Notes under the pieces: generated by a model
What the model was told of the DNA's origin: nothing
Seen by the model: the letters and a program-made list of their open reading frames with translations, nothing else
Databases searched by the model: none
Shown: piece after piece, positions 26,339 to 36,185 of the stretch
Layout: each line of letters starts with the position of its first letter
Position numbering within the stretch: the stretch's first letter is position 1
Origin: a virus
Taxonomy: Duplodnaviria; Caudoviricetes
Length of the DNA stretch: 55,527 bases
Direction: 5' to 3' (one strand)
Virus record (IMG/VR): IMGVR_UViG_3300046729_000010
Span: 1-55,527 of that record
Program-made: the position numbers and the translations under genes

Positions 26339-26923
26339 ATGATCACCTTCACCCGCGAGCAGCTCAAGACCGCCTACCTCGTCTGCTTCGACACCTTCGC
26401 TACGGACGCAACTGAGGTCGCCTCCGTCCTCGACGTCAAGCCGGCTGAGGCCACCAAGATCCTCAAGACCGTCGGTCCCCTCCTCGTCTCGGACCACACC
26501 AACGGCGAGCGCAAGCTCACTTGGCAGTGCTACGAGACCTACGACTCGATCACTCGCGATGAGGCCATCGAGCTCTTCGATGCGGCCTTCCCCCTCCCGG
26601 TCGAAGTCGCTGCCGGAGACGACCGCAACCACGCGACGGGTCCGCGCTACACCGACGAGCAGCTGGCTCAGGCCGCTGAGATGCGCAACACCACGGACCT
26701 GAGCTGGGCCGCGATCGCCAAGAGCCTCGGGATCAAGACCCCCTACCGGCTCGCCAAGAAGGTCAAGGCGGCTGGGCTCGAGGTCCGCACCGAGCGGGCC
26801 ACCAAGCCGGCCAAGCAGAACGAGACGGTGGCCCGCCTCGAGACCCTCCTGCGCAAGGCCCTGGCGGAGAAGCGGACGAGCGGCTCGCTCAAGGCCGAGA
26901 TTCGCGTCGAGCTGGGCATCTGA
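26339..26923 (+). CDS. HTH-containing protein (alternative start 26306)
   Basis: DATEVASVLDVKPAEATKILK and LSWAAIAKSLGI HTH-like segments; high GC3. Confidence 0.75.
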   Translation: MITFTREQLKTAYLVCFDTFATDATEVASVLDVKPAEATKILKTVGPLLVSDHTNGERKLTWQCYETYDSITRDEAIELFDAAFPLPVEVAAGDDRNHATGPRYTDEQLAQAAEMRNTTDLSWAAIAKSLGIKTPYRLAKKVKAAGLEVRTERATKPAKQNETVARLETLLRKALAEKRTSGSLKAEIRVELGI

Positions 26924-26941
26924 GAATGTTGAGCCGGCCCG

Positions 26942-27009
26942 TTGCCTTTCGGCAGCGGGTCGGTGAGGATGCACGCATGAGGTCAATCGCAGCCCCCAAG
27001 GAGATCACC
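26942..27009 (+). promoter_or_regulatory. dual-start promoter/leader cassette, copy 3
   Basis: TTGCCT-17-GAGGAT-6 nt-ATGAGGTCAA(26977)...CCCCAAGGAGATCACC-ATG(27010). Confidence 0.7.
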
Positions 27010-27681
27010 ATGAACCGTCGCCGCACCTTCCGCGACAACAGTCCCTACCAGCCCGAACTGGTCCACGGCTCCCGGGCTGTGTGCCAAGAGCACGGCGAGC
27101 CGCAGCCCTGCTCCGCCTGTCAGGTCCTCGAGGGCATCAACGCCCAGGTCGCGCCGGCCAGCGACAAGCAGCAGGCCTTTATCCTGAGCCTTCTCGGCCA
27201 GAAGGACCTGAGCAAGTCCGATAAGCTCGCCGGCGCCACGCCCGCTGAGCTCGAGGCCGCGATCGCAGGCATTCAGACCTCGATCCCGACCCTCTCTAAG
27301 AAGGCGGCCAGCGCTTGGATCGAGCGCCTCCTGGCCATGCCCAACTTGCCCACAGCGGCTCGCGCGGACGGGCCCGATGTTCCGTCTGGTCACTACGCCA
27401 TCCGCACCGACGTGGTCCGCTTCTACAAGGTCGATCGCCCCGAGAAGGGCCGATGGGCCGGATTCACCTTCCTCTCGATCCAGGCGTCGGATGAGCTCCA
27501 CCCGGTCAAGGGCGAGAAGAAGCACGACATCCTCGCGGCGATCGCTGAGGACCCCAAGGCCGCATCCCTGCTCTACGGACTCGAGCTCGGCGTCTGTGGC
27601 GTGTGCTGCCGCACCCTCACCGACGAGACGTCACGCGCCGCGGGCATTGGCCCGGTCTGCCGCGAGAAGATGGGGTGGTAG
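27010..27681 (+). CDS. DUF6011-domain protein (alternative start 26977)
   Basis: C-terminal CGVCCRTLTDETSRAAGIGPVC; ASDKQQAFI; RFYKVDRP..GRWAG. Confidence 0.8.
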   Translation: MNRRRTFRDNSPYQPELVHGSRAVCQEHGEPQPCSACQVLEGINAQVAPASDKQQAFILSLLGQKDLSKSDKLAGATPAELEAAIAGIQTSIPTLSKKAASAWIERLLAMPNLPTAARADGPDVPSGHYAIRTDVVRFYKVDRPEKGRWAGFTFLSIQASDELHPVKGEKKHDILAAIAEDPKAASLLYGLELGVCGVCCRTLTDETSRAAGIGPVCREKMGW

Positions 27682-27683
27682 TG

Positions 27684-28013
27684 ATGACGACCAATCGATG
27701 GACCATCGGGTTCTGGAGCAACGGCTCCGCGTTCGTTACGGAGTCGCCCGCAAGCCAAATCGCCAAGCGACCAGACTTGCGCGTAGTGGAAGTCGTGCCC
27801 GCCGAGTCGATCGTGTCCACGAATGTCTTTATCGCAACCTGCACCGAGCTCTATCTGGACGGGTCTGACCACGTCGGTCGAATCGGAGTATTCCGCTTCA
27901 AGGAAGATGCCCACCAGGCGATCGTCGAGCACAAGATCAAAGCAGGTCTCGACCCCTACGAGACCGAGTACCCCGATCGGCGCTACGAGATCGAGACCGT
28001 GGCCGTTCGCTAG
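27684..28013 (+). CDS. hypothetical protein
   Basis: Directly follows the DUF6011 gene. Confidence 0.55.
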   Translation: MTTNRWTIGFWSNGSAFVTESPASQIAKRPDLRVVEVVPAESIVSTNVFIATCTELYLDGSDHVGRIGVFRFKEDAHQAIVEHKIKAGLDPYETEYPDRRYEIETVAVR

Positions 28014-28021
28014 AAGATCTG

Positions 28022-28089
28022 TTGCCTTGGCCCGCAGCGTTGGATACGCTGCAGGCATGAGGTCAACCGCACAACCCGAGGAGAACAAG
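28022..28089 (+). promoter_or_regulatory. dual-start promoter/leader cassette, copy 4
   Basis: TTGCCT-17-TACGCT-6 nt-ATGAGGTCAA(28057)...CCCGAGGAGAACAAG-ATG(28090). Confidence 0.7.
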
Positions 28090-28227
28090 ATGTTCACCAC
28101 CACTTGCGAGATCGACAGCAACGGAACTCAGAGGACGTGGACGTACGAGACCGAGGCTAAGCAGGAGCGCCACGTCTCAAGCCTGCTCCACCAAGGCTTC
28201 GTCATTCTTGACTTCACCAAGCCCTGA
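28090..28227 (+). CDS. 45-aa hypothetical protein (alternative start 28057)
   Basis: GAGGAG RBS; TGATG coupling to the helicase. Confidence 0.6.
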   Translation: MFTTTCEIDSNGTQRTWTYETEAKQERHVSSLLHQGFVILDFTKP

Positions 28228-30110
28228 TGATCACGTTCAATGGCCAGGACCTGATCGTCCAGCCTCCGCGCTACCCGAGCGAAGAGATCAAGGTTGAGCT
28301 CGGTGGCCGCTGGGACAAGAAGTCGAAGTCCTGGCGCGTCGCCCCAACCTCGCTCAACGTCCTCACCCTCGTCGAGTGGTATGGGGAGTCGATCCTCGAG
28401 GGCGCGCCCGAAGCCGTCCGCGACCTGGCGTTTGAGCCGTGGGGCTTCAAAGGCTTCTCCGAAGACGAGCAGGCCATCGCTGAGGCCCATCCGTCCTGGT
28501 CCACGCTCTACGACTTCCAACACGAGGGCATCGAGTATCTGTTCTGCAATCCCCACGGCGCAGCACTCTGCAACCTTTCCTGGGGTCATGGCAAGGCTGC
28601 AGTCTCCGTCGTCACGACGGACCTGCTCGAGGCCGAGAGGATCCTAGTCCTGGCGCCCCTCACTCTTGCGCCGGCCTGGCGGGGCGAGTTCGAGCGCTGG
28701 TCGGATCGGACACGCGACATCAAACGTGCGGTCGCTGGCGATCGCTCTCCCGGCCCGGAAGTCACGATTGCAAATCACGAAGTGATTCAGGAGGTTGTCC
28801 TCCGCGATGAGCATGGCAAGCTTGTCAAGGGCGATCTCATCGACGACCACGCGGACGAGCTCATCGTCCTGCTGGAAGCCAAGGACAAGCCTTTCCTCAA
28901 GCAGTACGGTCAGTCACTCTACGACGGCGACAAAGACTGGACCACCAACCCTCGGCTCGTGAGCAAGTGGATCAAGCTTGGGCCCACCAAGAAGGATGCA
29001 CGCGACAAGACGGTCCCTTCACGCGAGCGCATCGTCCAGGTCCGTCGTGACTACGCCGAGGTCGACTGGGACGTCATCATCGTGGACGAGTCTGTCCTCC
29101 TAAAGAATCGCAAAGCGGTCAAGGTGGATGTCCTGACCACGCTACGCAAGAAGTCGGACCCCATCGTCATCGAGCTCTCCGGATCTCCGATCACTAAGAC
29201 ACGAGCCGACCTCTACCCGCAGGTGAAGATCGCATATCCACGGGGCTTCGCCAGCTTCTGGCGCTTCGCCAAGTTCTTCTGCGTCGTGGATGAGGGAGGG
29301 TGGGGCTGGACGATCGAGGGTGACCGACCCGACCATGACCCGCACCACTACTTGCGTGATCTCCTGTGGGTCAAGTCCGACATCGACGCTGGCTCGGACC
29401 TGCCCAAGTACATCGAGCAGCCGGTCCTACTCGATCCCCTCCCACAGCAGGCTAAGGCGCTGCAGCAGATGGTTGACAAGTGGATCGTCGAGCTCGAGGA
29501 CTCCCCGCTCGACCGCGTGGAGGCCAGCAACTGGCTTGCGCGCAACACTCGTCTTCAGCAGATCACGTCCAACATGGGCACACTGCCCAAGCCGACCGGT
29601 GGCTTCTACTCTCCGGCGTCCGCTAAGGAAGACTTCCTGCTGCAGCAACTGGCGGAAGGTGAGATCGAGACACCCCTGCTCGTGTGGTCCTGGTACGTCG
29701 AGACGACTCTCTCGATCAGCCGTCGCGTCGCGGCTCAGCATCCGGAGCTCCGAGTGGGCCACATCGTCGGAGCGATGAAGACCGAGGACAAGGACGCCGC
29801 GATCGCTGCCTACCGGGAGGGCGAGCTCGACGTCCTAGTGATGCAGATGGCCACTGGCAAGTTTGGCCACACCTTTACCAACACCAAGACGGTCTTCTAC
29901 CACGACCGCGCGTTTGACTCGGACGCCTACGTCCAGAGCCTCGCACGAGTGCGTCGTATTGGACTCAAGCACCGTCCGGTACTGATCGTCCCCAAGGTGG
30001 TTGGCTCGGCCGATGCACTCATCGATCTGAACCTAGAAGGCAAGCTCGGGAACATGGCCCGCCTCACCAACGCGGACCTGGCCGGCCTGCTGCGAAGCCT
30101 CGGGACTTAG
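28227..30110 (+). CDS. SNF2-like SF2 helicase/ATPase
   Basis: LYDFQHEG, WGHGK, IIVDES, LSGSPI, RLQQI, GHTFT, QSLARVRRIG. Confidence 0.8.
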   Translation: MITFNGQDLIVQPPRYPSEEIKVELGGRWDKKSKSWRVAPTSLNVLTLVEWYGESILEGAPEAVRDLAFEPWGFKGFSEDEQAIAEAHPSWSTLYDFQHEGIEYLFCNPHGAALCNLSWGHGKAAVSVVTTDLLEAERILVLAPLTLAPAWRGEFERWSDRTRDIKRAVAGDRSPGPEVTIANHEVIQEVVLRDEHGKLVKGDLIDDHADELIVLLEAKDKPFLKQYGQSLYDGDKDWTTNPRLVSKWIKLGPTKKDARDKTVPSRERIVQVRRDYAEVDWDVIIVDESVLLKNRKAVKVDVLTTLRKKSDPIVIELSGSPITKTRADLYPQVKIAYPRGFASFWRFAKFFCVVDEGGWGWTIEGDRPDHDPHHYLRDLLWVKSDIDAGSDLPKYIEQPVLLDPLPQQAKALQQMVDKWIVELEDSPLDRVEASNWLARNTRLQQITSNMGTLPKPTGGFYSPASAKEDFLLQQLAEGEIETPLLVWSWYVETTLSISRRVAAQHPELRVGHIVGAMKTEDKDAAIAAYREGELDVLVMQMATGKFGHTFTNTKTVFYHDRAFDSDAYVQSLARVRRIGLKHRPVLIVPKVVGSADALIDLNLEGKLGNMARLTNADLAGLLRSLGT

Positions 30111-30122
30111 GCCCCTCCAGGA

Positions 30123-30147
30123 CGGAAGGCCCACCCCGGGCCTTCCG
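30123..30147. terminator. hairpin at the convergence of the two arms
   Basis: CGGAAGGCCC-ACCCC-GGGCCTTCCG, perfect 10-bp stem. Confidence 0.65.
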
Positions 30148-30240
30148 CCCTGCGCTGCGGGGCCGGCGTCTGAGCCCCTTGCGAGCCCGAGGATGAGGAA
30201 TCCATCAGGCGAGGTTTGTTCTGAGCTCCTAGGGCCACCT

Positions 30241-30597
30241 CTACTGCGCCTTGCACACGGGCTTGCCCGGGTAGCTGATGATGAGCCGCCTGGACCCCTC
30301 TCGAGCAAACGCCACTCGAATGGTCCCGACGCAGTCCTGTTGGAGCTCTCGGAACGAGAAGGTAGTTCGACAGTCGACGACATGAGGCTTGGGCAGGCCA
30401 GTCACCGTTCGAGCTCGAGTGCACTTGACCACCAGGTAAGTGACCCTCTCGCCGTTGATCGAACCGGCTCGAGCCAGCTCGGCCGCTTCACGATTGGCGA
30501 TCCTCCTGGCACCATCCAGCGACAGGGTGTGCGCAAGGCTCGGGGGCGTGAGCAGGGCCCACAGCGGGATGGATACCACCAGCACCAGCCACTTCAT
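30241..30597 (-). CDS. secreted hypothetical protein
   Basis: Signal peptide ending SLA; four Cys; ATGA overlap. Confidence 0.6.
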   Translation of the reverse strand: MKWLVLVVSIPLWALLTPPSLAHTLSLDGARRIANREAAELARAGSINGERVTYLVVKCTRARTVTGLPKPHVVDCRTTFSFRELQQDCVGTIRVAFAREGSRRLIISYPGKPVCKAQ

Positions 30598-31088
30598 GGC
30601 GTCACCGGCTCAGCGTTGGGAAGCGAAGAGCACTTCGAAGGTTGGAAACGGGCTGCTGCATCGTCTGCAGCTGTGGACTGTCCGTTGGGCGACGAACGGA
30701 TGACGCCTCGGATGGCCTGCTTGAGCTTGTTGATCTCACGACACTGCACCGCATCAGCGCGTGCGCCGGCCAGCTGTGCCAGCTCGGCGACTCGATCGAG
30801 GCGCTTGATCAGGATTGCGTTCTGAGCAGCCTGCAGCGCCGTGGCTGCGACCGCGGAGGCGGCTCGATCCTGGGCGTCGCTCACCTCGCCGTAGAGGCTG
30901 ACACCGATGCCCAGGGCAGCAATGGAGATCAGAGCAAGTACCGAGACAACGAGCAGCATCTTCCTGGAGAACGAGAGATACGCGGTCTTCAGCTCCGCCA
31001 GGTCGTTGTGGAGGGTGGTGAGCACGCTTACCTTTTGAGCCGTGTCTTCCATCATTCTCTGTATCGGAGTTAGCTCATCGTCTGGCAC
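30594..31088 (-). CDS. membrane-anchored coiled-coil protein (lysis region)
   Basis: TM MLLVVSVLALISIAALGIGV; start uncertain. Confidence 0.6.
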   Translation of the reverse strand: MPDDELTPIQRMMEDTAQKVSVLTTLHNDLAELKTAYLSFSRKMLLVVSVLALISIAALGIGVSLYGEVSDAQDRAASAVAATALQAAQNAILIKRLDRVAELAQLAGARADAVQCREINKLKQAIRGVIRSSPNGQSTAADDAAARFQPSKCSSLPNAEPVTP

Positions 31089-31287
31089 GGCGCTTCCGAG
31101 GCTCCTTCTCAACCGCGTCGCAGATGAACAACAGGACGCCGATTGTGACCATCACGGCGCAGTAGCCGACGCCCACCGTCCTGGCCGCGCTCGCTCCGAG
31201 CACGGCCAGGACCAACGCATAGGCGCTGAGCACCACGACGAGGGCTGATGCAAACAAGCGACGCTTACGAGCGATGGCTCGAAGCAT
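31075..31287 (-). CDS. small two-TM membrane protein
   Basis: GGAGG RBS; two hydrophobic segments. Confidence 0.55.
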   Translation of the reverse strand: MLRAIARKRRLFASALVVVLSAYALVLAVLGASAARTVGVGYCAVMVTIGVLLFICDAVEKEPRKRRARR

Positions 31288-31541
31288 CAGTCCTCCTTCG
31301 AGGGCGACACCGGCAAGGGAGGAGCAGCAGGCATCTTGGCCAGGTTCTGAATGGCCTTGCCGCCCTCTCCAATCGCCATCATTGCCCCGAACGAGAGCAG
31401 GTACTGAGTGGGTACCTCGACGGGGGGAGGCGCCACGGTCGCGGTCACCACGTAGAGGAAGAACGACCCCAGCATGCACGCGAAGCCACCGTACCGGAGT
31501 ACCGCCGGCCACCACGCTAGAGCTCTCTCGAGCCGGGTCAT
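31287..31541 (-). CDS. small membrane protein (holin-like)
   Basis: Two hydrophobic segments, just downstream of the endolysin. Confidence 0.55.
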   Translation of the reverse strand: MTRLERALAWWPAVLRYGGFACMLGSFFLYVVTATVAPPPVEVPTQYLLSFGAMMAIGEGGKAIQNLAKMPAAPPLPVSPSKED

Positions 31542-31558
31542 TCATCGGTCCTGGTCCA

Positions 31559-32485
31559 TCAAGAGAGCCACGGCGGGACCGCGAAGCCCACGATGTAGAA
31601 CGATCCCGTGGCGGGCCGAGTGCGCTTGGCCACCATCCCGCCATCGGACTGTGAGCCGTCGCCCGCACTCGTGTTGCCCTCGATCGTCTCGTACAGGTCG
31701 TACCTCAGCTGCTTGAGCACGACTCCGACGTGAACAGCTGGGTCGCCACCGGGCGTGTCGAACAGGGCCAGCATGCCGCGCTGACCGCTGCCAGGTCCAA
31801 CCCACTTCCATCCGCCGGCGCCGCTCTTGGCGTGCTGGATGATGGCGGGTGTGTAGCCGATCCATCCAGCCCCTGACGGCACTCCGCCTTGGCAGAGCAC
31901 CGCGTTGGCGAAGCAGCCGCACCAGGGCACCGGACCGATGTAGCCCGCGAGCTTCTCCCAGTCCTGAACGGGGTGACCCCAGTTGGAGCCGGGAGGTGAC
32001 TCCTTCGTTCCGGACTGATTGACAGCCCACTTGAGAGCGTTCTCCATGCTGCCGGACGAGAGGCCAAGATCCTTGGCCAGCTTTTCGTAGTACCGAGGAC
32101 CCCTCTCGATCTGAGCCTGACGCCCCTTCGCGCGGGCAAGCTGCTTGGGGTTGCGTGCATCGGGATGGCGAGCGATCTCCTGAGCGCCCTCGCTGAACAC
32201 CAGACGACGATCTTGTCCGACCTTCGTGACCTTGAGATACGTAGTCGACTCAAGGCCCAGGAAGTAACCAGCCTCCACAGCGGCGACGGCGCTGGCGTGT
32301 GTCCACTTGCCGTGGACCGGTGTTGGAACGTTCAGACCTCGAGCGTCGATGCGCTCCTTGACCGCGCGCTGGGCGTTTGCGACGTCTCGTCCCTCCATCG
32401 GGGGATAGAGGACAACGAGGTCACGATGTGGATCGGGGTTCTGCGACGGCTCTCGCTTGATGCCGTCACTCAGTGTCGGAACCAT
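31559..32485 (-). CDS. endolysin with C-terminal CHAP domain
   Basis: PWCGCFAN...HVGVV...TIEGNTS...IVGFAVP; possible N-terminal peptidoglycan-binding region. Confidence 0.85.
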   Translation of the reverse strand: MVPTLSDGIKREPSQNPDPHRDLVVLYPPMEGRDVANAQRAVKERIDARGLNVPTPVHGKWTHASAVAAVEAGYFLGLESTTYLKVTKVGQDRRLVFSEGAQEIARHPDARNPKQLARAKGRQAQIERGPRYYEKLAKDLGLSSGSMENALKWAVNQSGTKESPPGSNWGHPVQDWEKLAGYIGPVPWCGCFANAVLCQGGVPSGAGWIGYTPAIIQHAKSGAGGWKWVGPGSGQRGMLALFDTPGGDPAVHVGVVLKQLRYDLYETIEGNTSAGDGSQSDGGMVAKRTRPATGSFYIVGFAVPPWLS

Positions 32486-32731
32486 TCAGGAGACCTTCCC
32501 GGCCGCGATGCTCGCGACTACGTGGGCAGTGTCCTGCTTGATGATCTCCTTGGCCTGCATGTAGCGGCCGATCTGCGTCGTGACCATCGAGATCGCAGCG
32601 AAGATGCCCGATGCGATCACGCCGAGGGTCTGTGCGTCCGCGTCCGCGAACAGGTACGCCAGGATCGCCGCGATGGCCGTCGTGATCGTTGCTCCGTATC
32701 CGACCTTGGTGGTTGTGCCTACTGGAACCAT
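32486..32731 (-). CDS. putative holin
   Basis: GGAGG RBS; two TM segments; immediately upstream of the endolysin. Confidence 0.65.
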   Translation of the reverse strand: MVPVGTTTKVGYGATITTAIAAILAYLFADADAQTLGVIASGIFAAISMVTTQIGRYMQAKEIIKQDTAHVVASIAAGKVS

Positions 32732-32756
32732 TAGTGTTCCTCCGTATCGTATTTCC

Positions 32757-33146
32757 TTACAGGACTTCCCCTGTTCCAGGAAGATTGGTTGTTGCTGCTG
32801 CTCGAGCCTGCTCCGCATGCTCGGACTCGACTGCGACCTTGTCGAAGGTGTCGCGCAGGATCTGGCGCTGCTCCTTCACGATGTCACTGTCGTCTCTCCG
32901 AGCTCGCTTGCGACCCTTGCCCTTGAACCAGCGATCGTCGTTGGCATCGAACACGACGTCGTTGACGTCCGAGTATCCGACCAACTGCTCCTCGACTTCT
33001 GGCTCGTCGTTGTCCCGAAGCACTGGATTGCCGTCACCATCGAGTACGGAAACGAGCTCCTTGATCTCGACCCCGTGACGAATCCGATAGACCGGAGCTT
33101 CCGGGTCTGACTGGTCGAGCTGATGGCTGATCACGACCCTGGCCAT
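32757..33146 (-). CDS. hypothetical protein
   Basis: TAATG coupling to the tail fibre gene. Confidence 0.6.
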   Translation of the reverse strand: MARVVISHQLDQSDPEAPVYRIRHGVEIKELVSVLDGDGNPVLRDNDEPEVEEQLVGYSDVNDVVFDANDDRWFKGKGRKRARRDDSDIVKEQRQILRDTFDKVAVESEHAEQARAAATTNLPGTGEVL

Positions 33147-33919
33147 TACAGAACCCTCACGATCACGTTTTCGACCTCATACGGTTGCATGTTGTTGTGT
33201 GCGACGATTGCGTTCACCGACGCGGAGGCCCCCACGGTCACCGCTGCGGCAAGCGTTGGTACGATCAGCCCGAAGGGGCGCTCGCTGGAGTTACCTACCG
33301 CACCGTAGCCGTCTGTCGGAGCGCCATTCCAAACGGCGCCCGAAGTAACGGTGGCCGTCGCCGTGGCTGAGTGGGTGTGTCCAGGTGAACCCGCTTCAGC
33401 TGAAGTGGTGAGGTGACGCTCTTCTCCGCCGGACTGGCCGGCCACGCGGTTCGAGTTGGGGATGCGATTGGCTGTTCCTTGAGCCGTACCCATACTGTCC
33501 GGACCGATGCTGGTGCGTCCTCGCTTGTCCTGAATCCTGACCTTGTTGTTGCCCGGATCGACGCCTCCGTTGAACTTGTGACCCACGATCGCGAAGTAGG
33601 CAGCGTAGGTCGTGCGATCAACAAGTCGTCCGTCAGCGAGCAGCCACGAACCGCCAGCCGGGTCGCCATCGCCACCGTACGTCATCGTCGATCCGATGCG
33701 TGGCAAAGCGTTGGATACGTCCGCTGCCAACTTGGTCATCGTGACGCTTGCGTCTGTGGGAGTCCGAGCGTTGGTGAAGCGTGTGTCAGTGAGCAGAGCC
33801 ACAGCCGCATCGAATGTGTCCGTGACGGCGTTCACCTGAGCGGCAAAGTTCGCCTCATCTGTCGCGTTGTCGTACCGCGGCGCTCCGACTCTCGGAGATA
33901 CAGCAGGGCTACCTGGCAT
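33146..33919 (-). CDS. tail fibre protein with tail-collar domain
   Basis: IGSTMTYGG..WLLADGRLVDRTTYAAYFAIVG..DKRGR..GGEERH..HNNMQPY..IVRV. Confidence 0.85.
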   Translation of the reverse strand: MPGSPAVSPRVGAPRYDNATDEANFAAQVNAVTDTFDAAVALLTDTRFTNARTPTDASVTMTKLAADVSNALPRIGSTMTYGGDGDPAGGSWLLADGRLVDRTTYAAYFAIVGHKFNGGVDPGNNKVRIQDKRGRTSIGPDSMGTAQGTANRIPNSNRVAGQSGGEERHLTTSAEAGSPGHTHSATATATVTSGAVWNGAPTDGYGAVGNSSERPFGLIVPTLAAAVTVGASASVNAIVAHNNMQPYEVENVIVRVL

Positions 33920-34118
33920 GTACTTCCCTCTCTCCTCGCAGAGTCGACTCGAGGTTCGCTTGGGCTTCGTAGGTCAGTTGGCGGATGAGTCCCTTGATCG
34001 CCTTCTCCTGCTTGTCAGGAAGACCAGCAGCTTCGACGGCTTGAAACAACTTGCCCCTGAGTCTGTTCATGTCGTCTCGAACGGTGGAGATCGGATCGTG
34101 AGAAGCCGTGGCGTTCAC
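33909..34118 (-). CDS. hypothetical protein
   Basis: GTGA overlap with the upstream baseplate gene. Confidence 0.55.
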   Translation of the reverse strand: MNATASHDPISTVRDDMNRLRGKLFQAVEAAGLPDKQEKAIKGLIRQLTYEAQANLESTLRGEREVHAR

Positions 34119-34738
34119 GGCCGGGGCCTTGTGTACGTAGTGAAGCCAGGCGTAGCGTGACGCAGGTCTTGCCACGTAGGGTTGGCCGTTCGAACCGCGG
34201 CCCAGGTCGCATACGTAGTTCGAACGCTTGCCCACGTCTGTCCTCCCAGCACCTGATGGACGAGAACGATGTCACCCGGAACCACGTCTCGACGCAGGTC
34301 CGCGAACACTCCGGCTGGATCAGGCGTCTCGGACGTGTACGTATTGACAATCAGACGGTCCGGATCATCCGTTCCACCCACGCCGCTTCTCTCGTCGATC
34401 TGCACCGTTCTTTGTCCGATGAGCCGGCGCTGGGCTGCCCGGACGATCGACGCAACGGTGCCGCGAATCTGGTTGGGTGCATCCTTGATCCACTCTCGAG
34501 CCATGACGTCAGAGATGCCCACTGGCAAACGCTCGCCCGCGTACATTGCTCGATGCGGGAGAGCCTTAGGTGGACACAAGTCGGTGTCGAGCAGTACAGA
34601 CCAACCCAGCTCGTCGTCTGCAGCGACTGAGTAGAGCTCGACCTCTGAGAACATGCCGCCGATTGCGCGCAGATACTCCTCCAGATCAGGAGTGATCCAG
34701 GGCTCAAAGGCCGCAACGAAGTCGTCAGCAAGACTCAC
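34115..34738 (-). CDS. baseplate wedge protein (P2 gpI-like)
   Basis: LLDTDLCPPKALP...RGTVASI; follows baseplate J. Confidence 0.7.
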   Translation of the reverse strand: MSLADDFVAAFEPWITPDLEEYLRAIGGMFSEVELYSVAADDELGWSVLLDTDLCPPKALPHRAMYAGERLPVGISDVMAREWIKDAPNQIRGTVASIVRAAQRRLIGQRTVQIDERSGVGGTDDPDRLIVNTYTSETPDPAGVFADLRRDVVPGDIVLVHQVLGGQTWASVRTTYATWAAVRTANPTWQDLRHATPGFTTYTRPRP

Positions 34739-35856
34739 GTGATCGTTCCTGTCAGAGTGCCTGGTCGGGTCAGGGCCACGGTACCGGCGAGTGCGAGATC
34801 TGCGGCCACGCCGTTGATCGTGAGAGCGCTCACGTAGTTGACTCCGTCGACATCCCCGATCAGATCGATGATCTTGTTGAGCCTGACCACGGTCTCATTC
34901 TGCCAAGCTCCTGGTGATCCGGGATCGCCGAAGTTCTTGGGCTTGCCCCACACCGCTGGGGACAGCCAACTGGCCAACATCGAGTTGATGCGAGCCTTCA
35001 GGTCGACGGGATCGAACCCTGGATAGGCCTTGACGGTGTACGTGATCGCAACCGTGGTGTAGGTCGCGTCCGCCACCGTGACGGTGGTGTTGACCTGACG
35101 GAGCTCTGCGTACTTCGCGACCAGCCAGGCCTTGATTGTGGCCGAGAGGGGTTCCCCGACCGAGTCCGTCCCGACTACAAGCACAGCGCGGGATCCGTTG
35201 TTGGAGGCCACCAGCCTTCCAACTCCAGCGTGGGAGAGGCCAAGCAGCTCGAAGTCTCGAGTTGTGACGAGCGTAATAGACTGCAGCTGAAGCTCTCTGG
35301 ACAGCCGATCCTGGTACGCGATGTCGTCCTCGGGATCGGATCCGTTTGCTGTGGGTGTGTTGACTGTGATGTCCTCCACCCAGTCCAGAGCCGAGATCGG
35401 AGCCACGACCGCTCCCGTAAGACCGTTGGCTGCCGCAGTTGGTGTGCTGCAGACAACGGCCACAGCGGGAGCAGTGAGCACTCCGGTAGCGACCACTACG
35501 TCGTCCTCGACCAGGAACTCGAACCCGTCGATCTCGATCGACAAGCCCGCCTGGATTGTTCGTCCGGACGGATTGCTGATCAGAGTCCAAGTCGTTGTGG
35601 TGGAGGCGGCCGTGCCCTGTTGGTACGGAGTTCCGATGAGGTCTGTTCCGTACTTGCGGAAGATCGCTGGATACACCCTTGCAGCGACCTCAGCCGCATT
35701 CTGAGCCATCGGAGCCAGCGTCTCGATCTGAATGACTTCGAGATCGCCCTCGTTGGGGTCCCAGTCCGTCCATTGGTCGCGCAACCTAGCAACCGCTTCG
35801 TCGGCCAGGGTCTGGGAGTCGGTGACGATGTCGACCTTGATGAACTCGCCGGCCAT
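34735..35856 (-). CDS. baseplate J-like protein
   Basis: DWDPNEGD...ANGSDPEDDIAYQDR...TTRDFE...VDGVNYV. Confidence 0.85.
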   Translation of the reverse strand: MAGEFIKVDIVTDSQTLADEAVARLRDQWTDWDPNEGDLEVIQIETLAPMAQNAAEVAARVYPAIFRKYGTDLIGTPYQQGTAASTTTTWTLISNPSGRTIQAGLSIEIDGFEFLVEDDVVVATGVLTAPAVAVVCSTPTAAANGLTGAVVAPISALDWVEDITVNTPTANGSDPEDDIAYQDRLSRELQLQSITLVTTRDFELLGLSHAGVGRLVASNNGSRAVLVVGTDSVGEPLSATIKAWLVAKYAELRQVNTTVTVADATYTTVAITYTVKAYPGFDPVDLKARINSMLASWLSPAVWGKPKNFGDPGSPGAWQNETVVRLNKIIDLIGDVDGVNYVSALTINGVAADLALAGTVALTRPGTLTGTIT

Positions 35857-36176
35857 CAGGACCTGACCTCGATCGAGATGTGACGAATGGACGCTGAGGC
35901 CGCGTCAGCGTACTCCTGAACATCGGCTTCGCCTCGAGGCTCAAAGAGGCGCAGAGCCGCTCTGAGCGGCTCCAGAGAGATTGGAACGGTAGCGAACTCG
36001 GGGAAGGGCCACCCGAACTCGGGACGAGCTTCCCGGAACCCCGTGGGGCAGCGAACGATCACGTTCTCACAAGCTGCAACGTGCTCAGGTGTCGACTGCT
36101 CAACGACGTTCACGGAGCCATTCTCTCCACGCTGGAAGGGAAAGGCAAAGTGTGGTCGGTCCGTCACATCCATCAT
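35856..36176 (-). CDS. gp25/gpW-like baseplate protein
   Basis: FAFPF...T.G.R..RPEFG...LRLFEPR. Confidence 0.8.
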   Translation of the reverse strand: MMDVTDRPHFAFPFQRGENGSVNVVEQSTPEHVAACENVIVRCPTGFREARPEFGWPFPEFATVPISLEPLRAALRLFEPRGEADVQEYADAASASIRHISIEVRS

Positions 36177-36185
36177 TCCTTTCGA

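Noticed and set aside
28790-29060. Intein in the helicase insertion
   Set aside because: No Cys/Ser start or His-Asn end, and too short.
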